The notes under the pieces are model-generated. The model did not search any database and was not told the origin of the DNA. It saw nothing but the letters and a program-made list of their open reading frames with translations. From Methanobacteriota archaeon (GTDB taxonomy: Archaea; Methanobacteriota; Methanobacteria; Methanobacteriales; Methanobacteriaceae): 64,000 nt of DNA. Each line of letters opens with the position of its first letter. Position 1 is the first letter of the stretch. Of this stretch, positions 55,650 to 64,000 are shown one piece after another. The stretch lies in NCBI GenBank assembly GCA_023434825.1, contig JAEYSH010000038.1, positions 4,227-68,226 on the forward strand, read 5' to 3'. The position numbers and the translations under genes were made by a program.

Positions 55650-56798
55650 ATGGAAATTGTGCTTTGTGTTACAGGGAGTATTGCTGCAACAGAAACTATT
55701 AAACTTGCAAGAGAGTTTAGAAGGCAAGGATTTGACGTTAAATGCTTCATGAGTGATGGGGCATGCGATATAATCCATCCTTACACCATGGAGTTTGCAA
55801 CAGGGCAGGAAATAGTTACAAAAATTACAGGTGAAATTGAGCATGTAAAATACTCAACTTCTGACCTTATTGTTGTTGCACCAGCAACTGCAAATGTTAT
55901 AAGTAAATTTGCCTACAAAATTGCAGATAACCCAATTAACACCCTTTTAATTACAGCTTTTGGTTATAAAACACCCATTTTAATGGTTCCATCCATGCAC
56001 AATTCCATGTATAAAGCTGTTAAGGGAAATATTGAAACTCTTAAAGAAGAAGATATTACTTTTATTAAGCCTAAAATTGAAGAAAAAAAGGCTAAATTCC
56101 CTGATGTCCAGGATATTGTTCTTCACGCCCTGCGTGAATTAGGCAATAAAGATTTAGAGGGCAAAAAAGTTCTTGTTAGTGCCGGAGCGACATATGAAAA
56201 GATTGATGAAGTTAGAGGCATAACAAACAGAAGCTCCGGTAAAATGGGAGTTGAAATTGCAAAAGAAGCTTTTATTAGAGGTGCAGATGTCACTTTAATT
56301 AAAGGCAAAATGACTGCTGATATTCCTAATGTTTTTAATATAATTGAAGTTGAATCTGTTGAAGATATGCGTAATGCTGTACTTGAACAGGCTAAAACTC
56401 ATGATATTTTCATTTCAGCCGCTGCTGTTTCTGATTTTATTCCAAAAATAGAAAATGAAGCAAATAAAATTTCTTCAAGTGAAGATATTACTTTAAAACT
56501 TGAAAGAGCACCCAAAATTATTGGTGAAGTAAAAGGAATAAATGAAAATATCTTTTTAGTTGGTTTTAAAGCAGAATATGGTATTTCAAGAGATGAATTA
56601 ATTAAATCTGCAAATGAAAGGATTGAAGAACATAATCTGGACCTTATGGTTGCAAATGATGTTGCAGTTGAAGGTGCTGGTTTTGGTGCAGATAAAAATC
56701 AGGTTATTTTAATTGATGATGAGATTATTGATGTTCCTTTAGCTTCTAAAAAAGAAGTTGCAGTTAAAATTATTAATAGGATTATTGAAAGAACATAA
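55650..56798 (+). CDS. coaBC: Phosphopantothenoylcysteine decarboxylase/ligase
   Basis: VTGSIAA, APATAN, PSMH, NRSSGKMG, AAAVSDF, GFKAE, VAND. Confidence 0.95.
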   Translation: MEIVLCVTGSIAATETIKLAREFRRQGFDVKCFMSDGACDIIHPYTMEFATGQEIVTKITGEIEHVKYSTSDLIVVAPATANVISKFAYKIADNPINTLLITAFGYKTPILMVPSMHNSMYKAVKGNIETLKEEDITFIKPKIEEKKAKFPDVQDIVLHALRELGNKDLEGKKVLVSAGATYEKIDEVRGITNRSSGKMGVEIAKEAFIRGADVTLIKGKMTADIPNVFNIIEVESVEDMRNAVLEQAKTHDIFISAAAVSDFIPKIENEANKISSSEDITLKLERAPKIIGEVKGINENIFLVGFKAEYGISRDELIKSANERIEEHNLDLMVANDVAVEGAGFGADKNQVILIDDEIIDVPLASKKEVAVKIINRIIERT

Positions 56799-56812
56799 AA
56801 TTATTTTTATTT

Positions 56813-56953
56813 TTAATTATTTTCTTCTTCATCTTCTTCAATAACCAATCCACGATATCCACAGTCGAAACATTCCCATATCGGCCCCATCTGTGGAATA
56901 ACCCATTTTATATTAGTAGAACCGCAGTTTGGGCATTTTTTAATCGAAACCAT
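56813..56953 (-). CDS. Small Zn-ribbon protein (46 aa)
   Basis: CPNCGS...WECFDCGYRG; just downstream of fibrillarin. Confidence 0.8.
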   Translation of the reverse strand: MVSIKKCPNCGSTNIKWVIPQMGPIWECFDCGYRGLVIEEDEEENN

Positions 56954-56963
56954 ATTAATCTTC

Positions 56964-57629
56964 CTAAAAACTGAATTCACAAATAAAAGCCATATGATCT
57001 TTCTCATAAGGCTCTAATTTAATTTTCTCAAGAACCCTAAACCCACTTGTTTTCAATTTTGACTCTTCTTCTTTAAATACGCTTTTTGGAGCTTTTGTAA
57101 CATCAATACTCCTCGCTTTTATCATTAAAATTCCAATTCCGTCTTCTTTACAATATAAACGCATATTATCCATGAAAAGCTCTGATTGATTAGGCTGTGC
57201 CACATCAGAATAAACAATATCCACTTTTTGAACCATATTCATGTAATTTTTTGATTTTGTGGCATCATCGAGAACTGGAATCATATTTTCTCGATCATTG
57301 CAAACATCCATAAGATTTCTCATCATTCTCGGCGAAAACTCAACACAGTAAACCAGGCCATATTTACAAATATCTGAAACATGAGAAGGAGTGGTACCTG
57401 CTGAAGCACCTAAATATAACACTTTTGAATCTTCTTCAAATGGATAGTTTTTTAATCCATTTAATATAGCCGCTGAAAGCTTTGAGCGCCTTGGATCCCA
57501 GATTCTGTATTCTTTATCTTTAAATTCAACCAATCTTTCATCATAAACCTTTTTTCCGGGATTTAAATTTTCTGTGGCAACATGATTATCTATTTCATAA
57601 ACGCCAGTGAATTTTTGAGTAATTTCCAT
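56964..57629 (-). CDS. flpA: Fibrillarin-like rRNA/tRNA 2'-O-methyltransferase
   Basis: WDPRRSKL, LYLGASAGTT.SHVSD, DVAQPNQ, KARSIDV. Confidence 0.96.
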   Translation of the reverse strand: MEITQKFTGVYEIDNHVATENLNPGKKVYDERLVEFKDKEYRIWDPRRSKLSAAILNGLKNYPFEEDSKVLYLGASAGTTPSHVSDICKYGLVYCVEFSPRMMRNLMDVCNDRENMIPVLDDATKSKNYMNMVQKVDIVYSDVAQPNQSELFMDNMRLYCKEDGIGILMIKARSIDVTKAPKSVFKEEESKLKTSGFRVLEKIKLEPYEKDHMAFICEFSF

Positions 57630-57661
57630 CTTTATTTTCTCCAAATATCAAATTAAAACTT

Positions 57662-58006
57662 TTATTTTTTGTCTTTATCTTCTGTTATTATGCAACTATC
57701 TTCTAAACTCTGCATAGATTCCAGAATTTCTTCTCTTATCTTATGGACTTTTTCTATAGAATCCAGAAGCTCTAATCTTGTTACTTGAACTGAACCCCTT
57801 ATATCTTCCGCTTCTTTAGTCATGCCATTTAAAAGAGTTTCAGTTTTTTCATTTTGTAAATTCATCATACCTTGAATATGTGCGAAATTATTTTTAAGAC
57901 GTTCCTCAGTTCTTTTAGAAAATCTAATGGCATATACTGCCAGGATTGCAGATATTAAACTTGAAACAAACGAAAGAACATATAAAGGCACTAAATAATC
58001 AACCAT
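57662..58006 (-). CDS. Hypothetical single-TM coiled-coil protein
   Basis: N-terminal TM followed by a heptad-rich region; GGGGA RBS. Confidence 0.7.
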   Translation of the reverse strand: MVDYLVPLYVLSFVSSLISAILAVYAIRFSKRTEERLKNNFAHIQGMMNLQNEKTETLLNGMTKEAEDIRGSVQVTRLELLDSIEKVHKIREEILESMQSLEDSCIITEDKDKK

Positions 58007-58017
58007 TAAAATCCCCT

Positions 58018-59229
58018 TTAGTAATAATCTTTAACTTTTTTTCGATATTTATCCTTCTTTTTCTTCTTTTTCTTCCCTTTACCTTCCTTATCCTCTTTTT
58101 TAGATTTATTTGACCGTGGAGGGAATGGATGAGCTTTTTTAATTTCTTCAATTCTCTCTCCAAGTGCTATTTTTATATTTGGATCGAATTCGCCAGAATA
58201 AACATCTTTACGTACTGCAAGTGTAATTTTTGCAGCTAATGCCCTTGCAAATTTTCCTTTAAGCCACCATCTGGCACTTCTAATTTCTGGATACTGGTAA
58301 ATAAGTCCATGTTTTGGCGGCCTTTCTCCAGTCTTTAAATGTCTAAAAAGAGCCTTTTCAGCACCGATAATTTGAATTGTACTTGATGAAAGTAATGCAA
58401 GTCTTTCAATACTGCCAATATGCGCTATGAGCTTTGCGCCAAGTGAAGCACCAACAAGGTCACTTAAATTAGGTGCAATTTCGCTCATTTTCTCTTCTAC
58501 ATATTCATTTAGAGATTTTTTTGTGTTTTGGAGAGTTTTTAATGAACTGGCGAATTCCTGAACTATTTCAAGATCTCTTCCCTCAATTTCAGCCCCAGTA
58601 CTTTGATCCTTAATTCCAAGTTCTTTTAAATCTTCATTTTGACTTATAGCTGAACTATCCCCATATTCAGCAATTAAGCTTACATATTTTTCATTATTCC
58701 TGATTTTATCAAGTTCTGGATAATGAATTGCGTACCATTCCCTTAACCTTTCAATCAGTTTACCGATAGATTCATCAATTTCATCAATTGAATTTATAGC
58801 CTGGATTAAGTACATATCACGAGCTTTAGAAGCTTCTTTAATTTTATAATTAGTAAGATCAAATGATACATTACGCAATTGATTATTAAATTCATCCGGA
58901 GATTCAATAAAACCAGTTTGTTTTAATATAACGGCCATATTTGACCTTAAATAATCTCCAGCAGCGCTTGGATTTTCAAATTTAAATTTGGAAGCTCCTT
59001 TTAAGCTTTTATATTTTGAAACACTGACATTTGTTTCTATTATAATCGAATTACATCTTTTAATATTCCTTCTAAGCAGAATTTCTTCTTCTGAAGCTAA
59101 ATTTCCATTACTAGCTTCAATTAGTGCCTCTGTAATTTTTTCTCTTGGGAAAAGTTCATAATCAATGAGATTAAAATTTTCATCTAATAAAACAAAACCT
59201 GCAAAACAACCTGTAAGATAACATTTCAT
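58018..59229 (-). CDS. nop5: C/D box RNP core protein Nop5 (Nop56/58)
   Basis: ERLREWY..HYPEL, IAPNL, GAEKALF, PKHGLIYQ; Lys-rich tail. Confidence 0.95.
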   Translation of the reverse strand: MKCYLTGCFAGFVLLDENFNLIDYELFPREKITEALIEASNGNLASEEEILLRRNIKRCNSIIIETNVSVSKYKSLKGASKFKFENPSAAGDYLRSNMAVILKQTGFIESPDEFNNQLRNVSFDLTNYKIKEASKARDMYLIQAINSIDEIDESIGKLIERLREWYAIHYPELDKIRNNEKYVSLIAEYGDSSAISQNEDLKELGIKDQSTGAEIEGRDLEIVQEFASSLKTLQNTKKSLNEYVEEKMSEIAPNLSDLVGASLGAKLIAHIGSIERLALLSSSTIQIIGAEKALFRHLKTGERPPKHGLIYQYPEIRSARWWLKGKFARALAAKITLAVRKDVYSGEFDPNIKIALGERIEEIKKAHPFPPRSNKSKKEDKEGKGKKKKKKKDKYRKKVKDYY

Positions 59230-59279
59230 AAAATTGATCTGTTTCATATAGTTTTAAAGTTTTTTTATGGTGGAGCATT

Positions 59280-60182
59280 ATGTTAGAAGTTGAATTATGT
59301 AACGTTAAATTAAAAAATCCAACCATGTTGGCAGCCGGGATTATGGGAAGTACTGCCGCTTCAATGAACTGGGTTTCAAGAAACGGTGCTGGAGCAGTTG
59401 TAACCAAATCATTTGGTCTAGAGCCTAATAAAGGATATGTAAACCCCACTACTGTTGAAGTAACTGGAGGAGTTATAAATGCTATCGGCCTTTCTAATCC
59501 TGGCGTAGATAATTTCATTGGCGAATTAGAAAAAATTGAAAAGCAAACTCCAACTATTGCTTCCATATACGGAGCTTCAGGAGAGGATTTTGCCCAGATT
59601 GCTGCTAAAATTGAAAATTATGCTGATATGATTGAATTAAATGTTTCATGTCCCCATGCTCAGAAAGGATGTGGTGCTTCAATTGGAGAAGATCCAATTT
59701 TAACTGATGAAATTGTTAAAGCAGTAAAAAATGCAGTTAAGATTCCAGTTATTGTTAAATTAACACCTAATGTAACTGATATTGTTGAAATTGCGCTTAG
59801 TGCTGAAAAAGCAGGTGCTGATGGATTAACACTTATAAATTCATTGGGCCCCGGACTTAAAATAGATATAGAAATTGCTAATCCAATTTTATCCAATAAG
59901 TTTGGAGGAATGTCTGGTCCGGCAATTAAACCTATTGCACTTAGATGTGTTTATGATGTATATGATTCAGTTAAAATTCCAATAATTGGTGTGGGTGGTA
60001 TCTCAGATTACAGGGATGCTATAGAATTTTTATTTGCCGGAGCTAAGTGTGTGCAAATAGGTACCGCAATTATGTATAATGGGCCTTCAATCTTTAAGGA
60101 AATTAATCTGGGAATACAAAAATTTATGATAGAAAAAAATTACAAATCCATAGATGAAATGGTAGGACTTGCTCATAAATAA
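59280..60182 (+). CDS. pyrD: Dihydroorotate dehydrogenase, catalytic subunit
   Basis: NAIGLSNPG, ELNVSCPH, VKLTPN, GGMSGPAIKP. Confidence 0.96.
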   Translation: MLEVELCNVKLKNPTMLAAGIMGSTAASMNWVSRNGAGAVVTKSFGLEPNKGYVNPTTVEVTGGVINAIGLSNPGVDNFIGELEKIEKQTPTIASIYGASGEDFAQIAAKIENYADMIELNVSCPHAQKGCGASIGEDPILTDEIVKAVKNAVKIPVIVKLTPNVTDIVEIALSAEKAGADGLTLINSLGPGLKIDIEIANPILSNKFGGMSGPAIKPIALRCVYDVYDSVKIPIIGVGGISDYRDAIEFLFAGAKCVQIGTAIMYNGPSIFKEINLGIQKFMIEKNYKSIDEMVGLAHK

Positions 60183-60196
60183 ATCAGGCTGATAAA

Positions 60197-60991
60197 ATGC
60201 ACGTTCCAAAAGTTATTGAAATAAAAAGAGTAATTGTAGAAACTGAAACTATAAAGACATTTATTTTTGATTTTAATGCATTAAATGTCAAACCTGGTCA
60301 GTTCATGATGGTATGGAACTTCAAAGACGAAAAACCAATGTCCATATCTCATATTGACCCTATAAAAAATGAAATAGGAATAACCATCAGAAATGTCGGC
60401 CCATTTACTGAAGCCGTTCATTCACTTCAAGCAGGTGATAAACTGGGTTTAAGGGGACCCTACGGGCGTGGTTTTGAAATAGTAGGTTCAAAAATACTTG
60501 CAGTTGGAGGCGGAGTTGGAATGGCGCCAATTTCAGCCTTTGTACATGAAGCAAGGAGAATGGGAATAGAGGTAGATGTTATAAGTGCTGCAGTTACAAA
60601 AGATGAACTTTTATTTACAAAGCAGCTTGAAGATGCAGATGTTCAATCTTATCCCTGCACAGATGACGGTTCTTATGGTTTTTGCGGTTTTCCTACAGAA
60701 TTAATGGAAAATATAATTGAAAATGAAGATTACGACATGGTTGTAACCTGCGGGCCAGAAATAATGATGAAAGGAATATTTGACATTGTAGACAAATTAA
60801 AAATTCCAGCTCAATTTTCACTGGAACGCTACATGAAATGCAGTTTGGGAATTTGCGGTCAATGTTGTGTTGATGATACCGGATGGCGTATCTGTGTCGA
60901 AGGACCGGTATTCTGGACTGACGAAGTACGTTTAATTACAGAATTTGGTAAATTTAAAAGAGATGCATCTGGAATAAAACATAAAATTTAA
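60197..60991 (+). CDS. pyrK: Dihydroorotate dehydrogenase electron transfer subunit
   Basis: PGQF, RGPYG, GGGVG.AP, CGPE, MKCSLGICGQC...C. Confidence 0.95.
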   Translation: MHVPKVIEIKRVIVETETIKTFIFDFNALNVKPGQFMMVWNFKDEKPMSISHIDPIKNEIGITIRNVGPFTEAVHSLQAGDKLGLRGPYGRGFEIVGSKILAVGGGVGMAPISAFVHEARRMGIEVDVISAAVTKDELLFTKQLEDADVQSYPCTDDGSYGFCGFPTELMENIIENEDYDMVVTCGPEIMMKGIFDIVDKLKIPAQFSLERYMKCSLGICGQCCVDDTGWRICVEGPVFWTDEVRLITEFGKFKRDASGIKHKI

Positions 60992-61003
60992 TTTTATTCA
61001 TTT

Positions 61004-62305
61004 TTATTTTTCAAATATTATATCATCAATATAAGAAACTCCCACAATAGCACGTTTAATTTTAGTATTATCCAGTAAATGGCGCATATCTAAAAATTCA
61101 CCATCATTAATAATATCTCTTATCCTTTTATCCATATTTGAGGTTTTTTTAAGAGGAATATGTTTAAAAACAACAGCATGGTTGTGGAGGAGCATTTCTT
61201 TATCACCAACATTAGCGGGGTGTAAATAAAATAGTGCATTTAAAGCACTCTTTTCAAGAGCAGAAATATCTCCAGTAAGATCCATACCTACACCAAAACT
61301 TATCATTGTCTCTCCACGGTATTTTGCTCCATCATTAAAGTCAATCCAATCTCCAATATTTTCATCATTCATTATCATTTCTCCATTTTTAGGAGTAAAT
61401 TTCTTAATTGGAGAGATTTTAATTCCAGAGCTGTAAAATTCAGATATATCAGCCTGCATTGCTACACTTAAAACCCCATTAAAATTCTTTGTCCTTTGAT
61501 TTGCAATCTTAAACAATGCTCCATAAAGCTCACTTACAGTGAAATCCTGGTTATTTTCACCTTCTAAAATTATTATGTCGTTAAAATTTCCTTCTAATGC
61601 AACATTGAATCCTGTATGAATTGTTACTTTTCCAGTATCCAATTTAGGTGTTAAAAAATCAGTTGTATCATTTCCATCAGTAGGAAGCCATACCATTGTA
61701 CCCCCTATTGTTATCATTTCCCCTAAAATCGATAAATAATCTTCAAAACTACCACCTAAAGCTCCTAAACCAATAGAATATTCTGTACTAGAAAAAGACC
61801 TTGAATAAATTTCATTTTCTTCTAATGTGGCATATAACACCTTAGAAATATCCCCAACTACTTTCAATATTGCTTTATCCTTTGAATTTTCAAACATAGT
61901 AAATTTAATATTATTTTCCCTAAATTCTGGCAATTCATTCCAGTTTACATCCATATCATCATCTATTTGAGGACTGATGACATCTATAGCTTCTTCCAGG
62001 TCAGAATGAATAGAAAAAAGCTTATCAAAGCCTGCTATTTCCAGTACTTCAAAAGGATAAGGATTTATATTTATTAAATATAACTCTCCTCCTCTTTTTT
62101 TTAGTAATTGAAATGTTGAAAGAAAAACTCTTATTCCTGCACTGCTTAAATATTGGACATCTTTCATATCAACAATAACGTGTAAATCATCCTTTTTAAC
62201 GAATTCCTTGAGTGCTCCATCCATTTTTGAAGCTCCAAACGCATCTAATCTACCTTCAGGTGAAATTATTAAAGTGCCTTCTGTCCTATTAGCAGTTATT
62301 TCCAT
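61004..62305 (-). CDS. STAS (anti-sigma-antagonist-like) domain fused to an unknown ~320-aa domain
   Basis: GRLDA...VDMKDVQYLSSAGIRVF...EVLEIAGF. Confidence 0.8.
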   Translation of the reverse strand: MEITANRTEGTLIISPEGRLDAFGASKMDGALKEFVKKDDLHVIVDMKDVQYLSSAGIRVFLSTFQLLKKRGGELYLININPYPFEVLEIAGFDKLFSIHSDLEEAIDVISPQIDDDMDVNWNELPEFRENNIKFTMFENSKDKAILKVVGDISKVLYATLEENEIYSRSFSSTEYSIGLGALGGSFEDYLSILGEMITIGGTMVWLPTDGNDTTDFLTPKLDTGKVTIHTGFNVALEGNFNDIIILEGENNQDFTVSELYGALFKIANQRTKNFNGVLSVAMQADISEFYSSGIKISPIKKFTPKNGEMIMNDENIGDWIDFNDGAKYRGETMISFGVGMDLTGDISALEKSALNALFYLHPANVGDKEMLLHNHAVVFKHIPLKKTSNMDKRIRDIINDGEFLDMRHLLDNTKIKRAIVGVSYIDDIIFEK

Positions 62306-62493
62306 AAGATACCCCACTGCCATTTAAAATTTACAAAAATTAATATTAGTTTCTACTAAATCTATTAATATATTTATGAAATTTACCTCAAAAATTTAAT
62401 AAACATAAACTTAAACATTATCTATACAATATTCATTGATTTTAAGATTCATCGCATCATCTAATAATTACAACATTAAAAAAAGTGATATTA

Positions 62494-63570
62494 ATGATTT
62501 ATAAACTAAAAGGTACTCTTACATCAGCTATCTTTATTATTGTCGCCCTTTTAATACTTTCATTTTTCGTATTAACTCCAATGATAAGTATGATTATTCT
62601 TGGGGCAGTTTTTGCTTATGTGATTCGGCCAATATCCAATAAAATGTTACCCTATCTTAAATTTGAAACCATATCAATAATTGTTGCAATGATACTGGTA
62701 ATTCTCCCATTAATTGCTATTGTGGCCGTTATTATCAACTCTTTTATTGAATCAATACCTTTACTTGTCTCAATAGCTAAAAGTGCTAATCTTGATAGTA
62801 TAACCTCAAGTAATGCTCAACAATACCTGCCATCCATGCTACAAACATATACTGGTTCGATTTTAGGAAGTGTTAAACTTGGACTTGAAGAAATGTTAAA
62901 AAACTTATTAAATTATTTTGTAGCTTATATTGGATCACTTCCAACCATTGGATTCCAGTTATTCATATTCTTTGCAGCAACATTTTACTTTGCAAAAGAT
63001 GGGGACAGATTATGGGAATATATTCAATTTGTAATTCCAGATGACAGAACTCATTATTTTAACTCACTTTTCAGTGAAGTAGAAAGGGTATTAAAGAGTA
63101 TATTTTTCGGCCACTTCTTCACAGCACTTTTAACCGGAATACTTGCAGGAGTTGGATTTTGGCTCCTTGGATATCCATTTCCATCATTTTTAGGGATATT
63201 AACTGGATTCTTCCAACTTATACCATTTATAGGTCACTGGCCGCTTCCTATTATCCTTTCAGCGTACGATATACTCACTGGAGATTATTTAAGAGCTGTT
63301 GCTGTATTAATTCTTGGATTTCTTATGAGTGCCATAGATATTTATCTCCGGCCCAAAATATCCAGTAAATATGCTGATATCCACCCACTAATATTTATCT
63401 TAGGATTCCTGTGTGGACCTCTTGTATTTGGATTAGTTGGTTTTGTATTAGGCCCATTAATTTTAGGAGTTACATATGCAGCTGTAAGTGCCTATAAAAA
63501 AGATAGAACTGCAGAAAAAGCTGATAAAATTAATTTAAAGGATAAAAATGAGCCTAAAATAATTAAATAA
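62494..63570 (+). CDS. AI-2E family transporter
   Basis: FYFAKDG, IPFIG, RPK...IHPL...G...FGLVG..LGP. Confidence 0.92.
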   Translation: MIYKLKGTLTSAIFIIVALLILSFFVLTPMISMIILGAVFAYVIRPISNKMLPYLKFETISIIVAMILVILPLIAIVAVIINSFIESIPLLVSIAKSANLDSITSSNAQQYLPSMLQTYTGSILGSVKLGLEEMLKNLLNYFVAYIGSLPTIGFQLFIFFAATFYFAKDGDRLWEYIQFVIPDDRTHYFNSLFSEVERVLKSIFFGHFFTALLTGILAGVGFWLLGYPFPSFLGILTGFFQLIPFIGHWPLPIILSAYDILTGDYLRAVAVLILGFLMSAIDIYLRPKISSKYADIHPLIFILGFLCGPLVFGLVGFVLGPLILGVTYAAVSAYKKDRTAEKADKINLKDKNEPKIIK

Positions 63571-63623
63571 AAATTAAATATTCCTTTTAAAATTAAAAAA
63601 TAAAATTAGTCCCTGTTAAGGAC

Positions 63624-64000
63624 TTAAGATAATTTTATTTCTATTGAATTAGAGAGCACTGTGTGTTTTGAACCTTTAGCATCATTAAATTTAACGCTGA
63701 ATCCACCTATAAAGAACGGGTTGGATACTGTAGCATTAGGTCCAAAGTCTTCTTGAACTTCAGCATCTGTTGGTATATAAATAGTTGTGTCACCTTTTCT
63801 AGTTTCTCCGGGTTTTAAAGTACCTAAAGCTTTTTCAAAGTCCTGACTGTCAATTTGGACATTGTAAACGGTTTCATTACCCTTATTTGTCACTTCATAC
63901 TGAATAGTCACATTCATACCCTTTTTAGCTGTTTCAGGGCCTTTTTGGACTGCAACTACATCAACCGCCTTGGTGACATTTGTATTGTTTTGAGCTTGAG
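63624..64000 (-). CDS. 3' part of a protein with an Ig-like/CARDB-like beta domain; start lies beyond the window
   Basis: Frame stays open to the window edge (…AQNNTNVTKAVDVVAVQKGPETAKKG-MNVTIQYEVTNKG...LKPGET). Confidence 0.65.
   Translation of the reverse strand, partial: QAQNNTNVTKAVDVVAVQKGPETAKKGMNVTIQYEVTNKGNETVYNVQIDSQDFEKALGTLKPGETRKGDTTIYIPTDAEVQEDFGPNATVSNPFFIGGFSVKFNDAKGSKHTVLSNSIEIKLS

Overview
AT-rich chromosomal window from a hydrogenotrophic methanogen. Gene content and order point to Methanobacteriales, most likely Methanobacterium. The conserved backbone is ftr, nnr, argG, an energy-converting hydrogenase B operon (ehbA-P, with a probable ehbQ displaced about 13.7 kb downstream), hom, DUF366-queD-queE, five CBS-domain genes, an Rnl3-type RNA ligase, pheA, three PsbP-like genes, a NusA-like gene, coaBC, fibrillarin/nop5 and pyrD-pyrK. 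Two accessory blocks interrupt it (about 21.0-34.6 kb and 35.3-39.2 kb). The most notable candidate system is a translationally coupled four-gene operon: pyruvyltransferase-like protein, thioester-reductase/acyl-CoA-synthetase fusion with the reductase N-terminal, V4R/ATC-hydrolase-like protein, and GMC oxidoreductase. Other notable items are a tandem array of four unknown two-Cys paralogs next to hcp, a K+ channel with three 3H-like domains, an orphan phage MuF-like domain, an RNA ligase with a hidden Zn-ribbon extension behind a non-canonical start, a five-hairpin REP-like element, an Fpg lacking the catalytic Pro2, and several small ORFs missing from the ORF track. I saw no tRNA, rRNA, CRISPR array, transposase or integrase. 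All family assignments come from reading motifs by eye, not from database searches.
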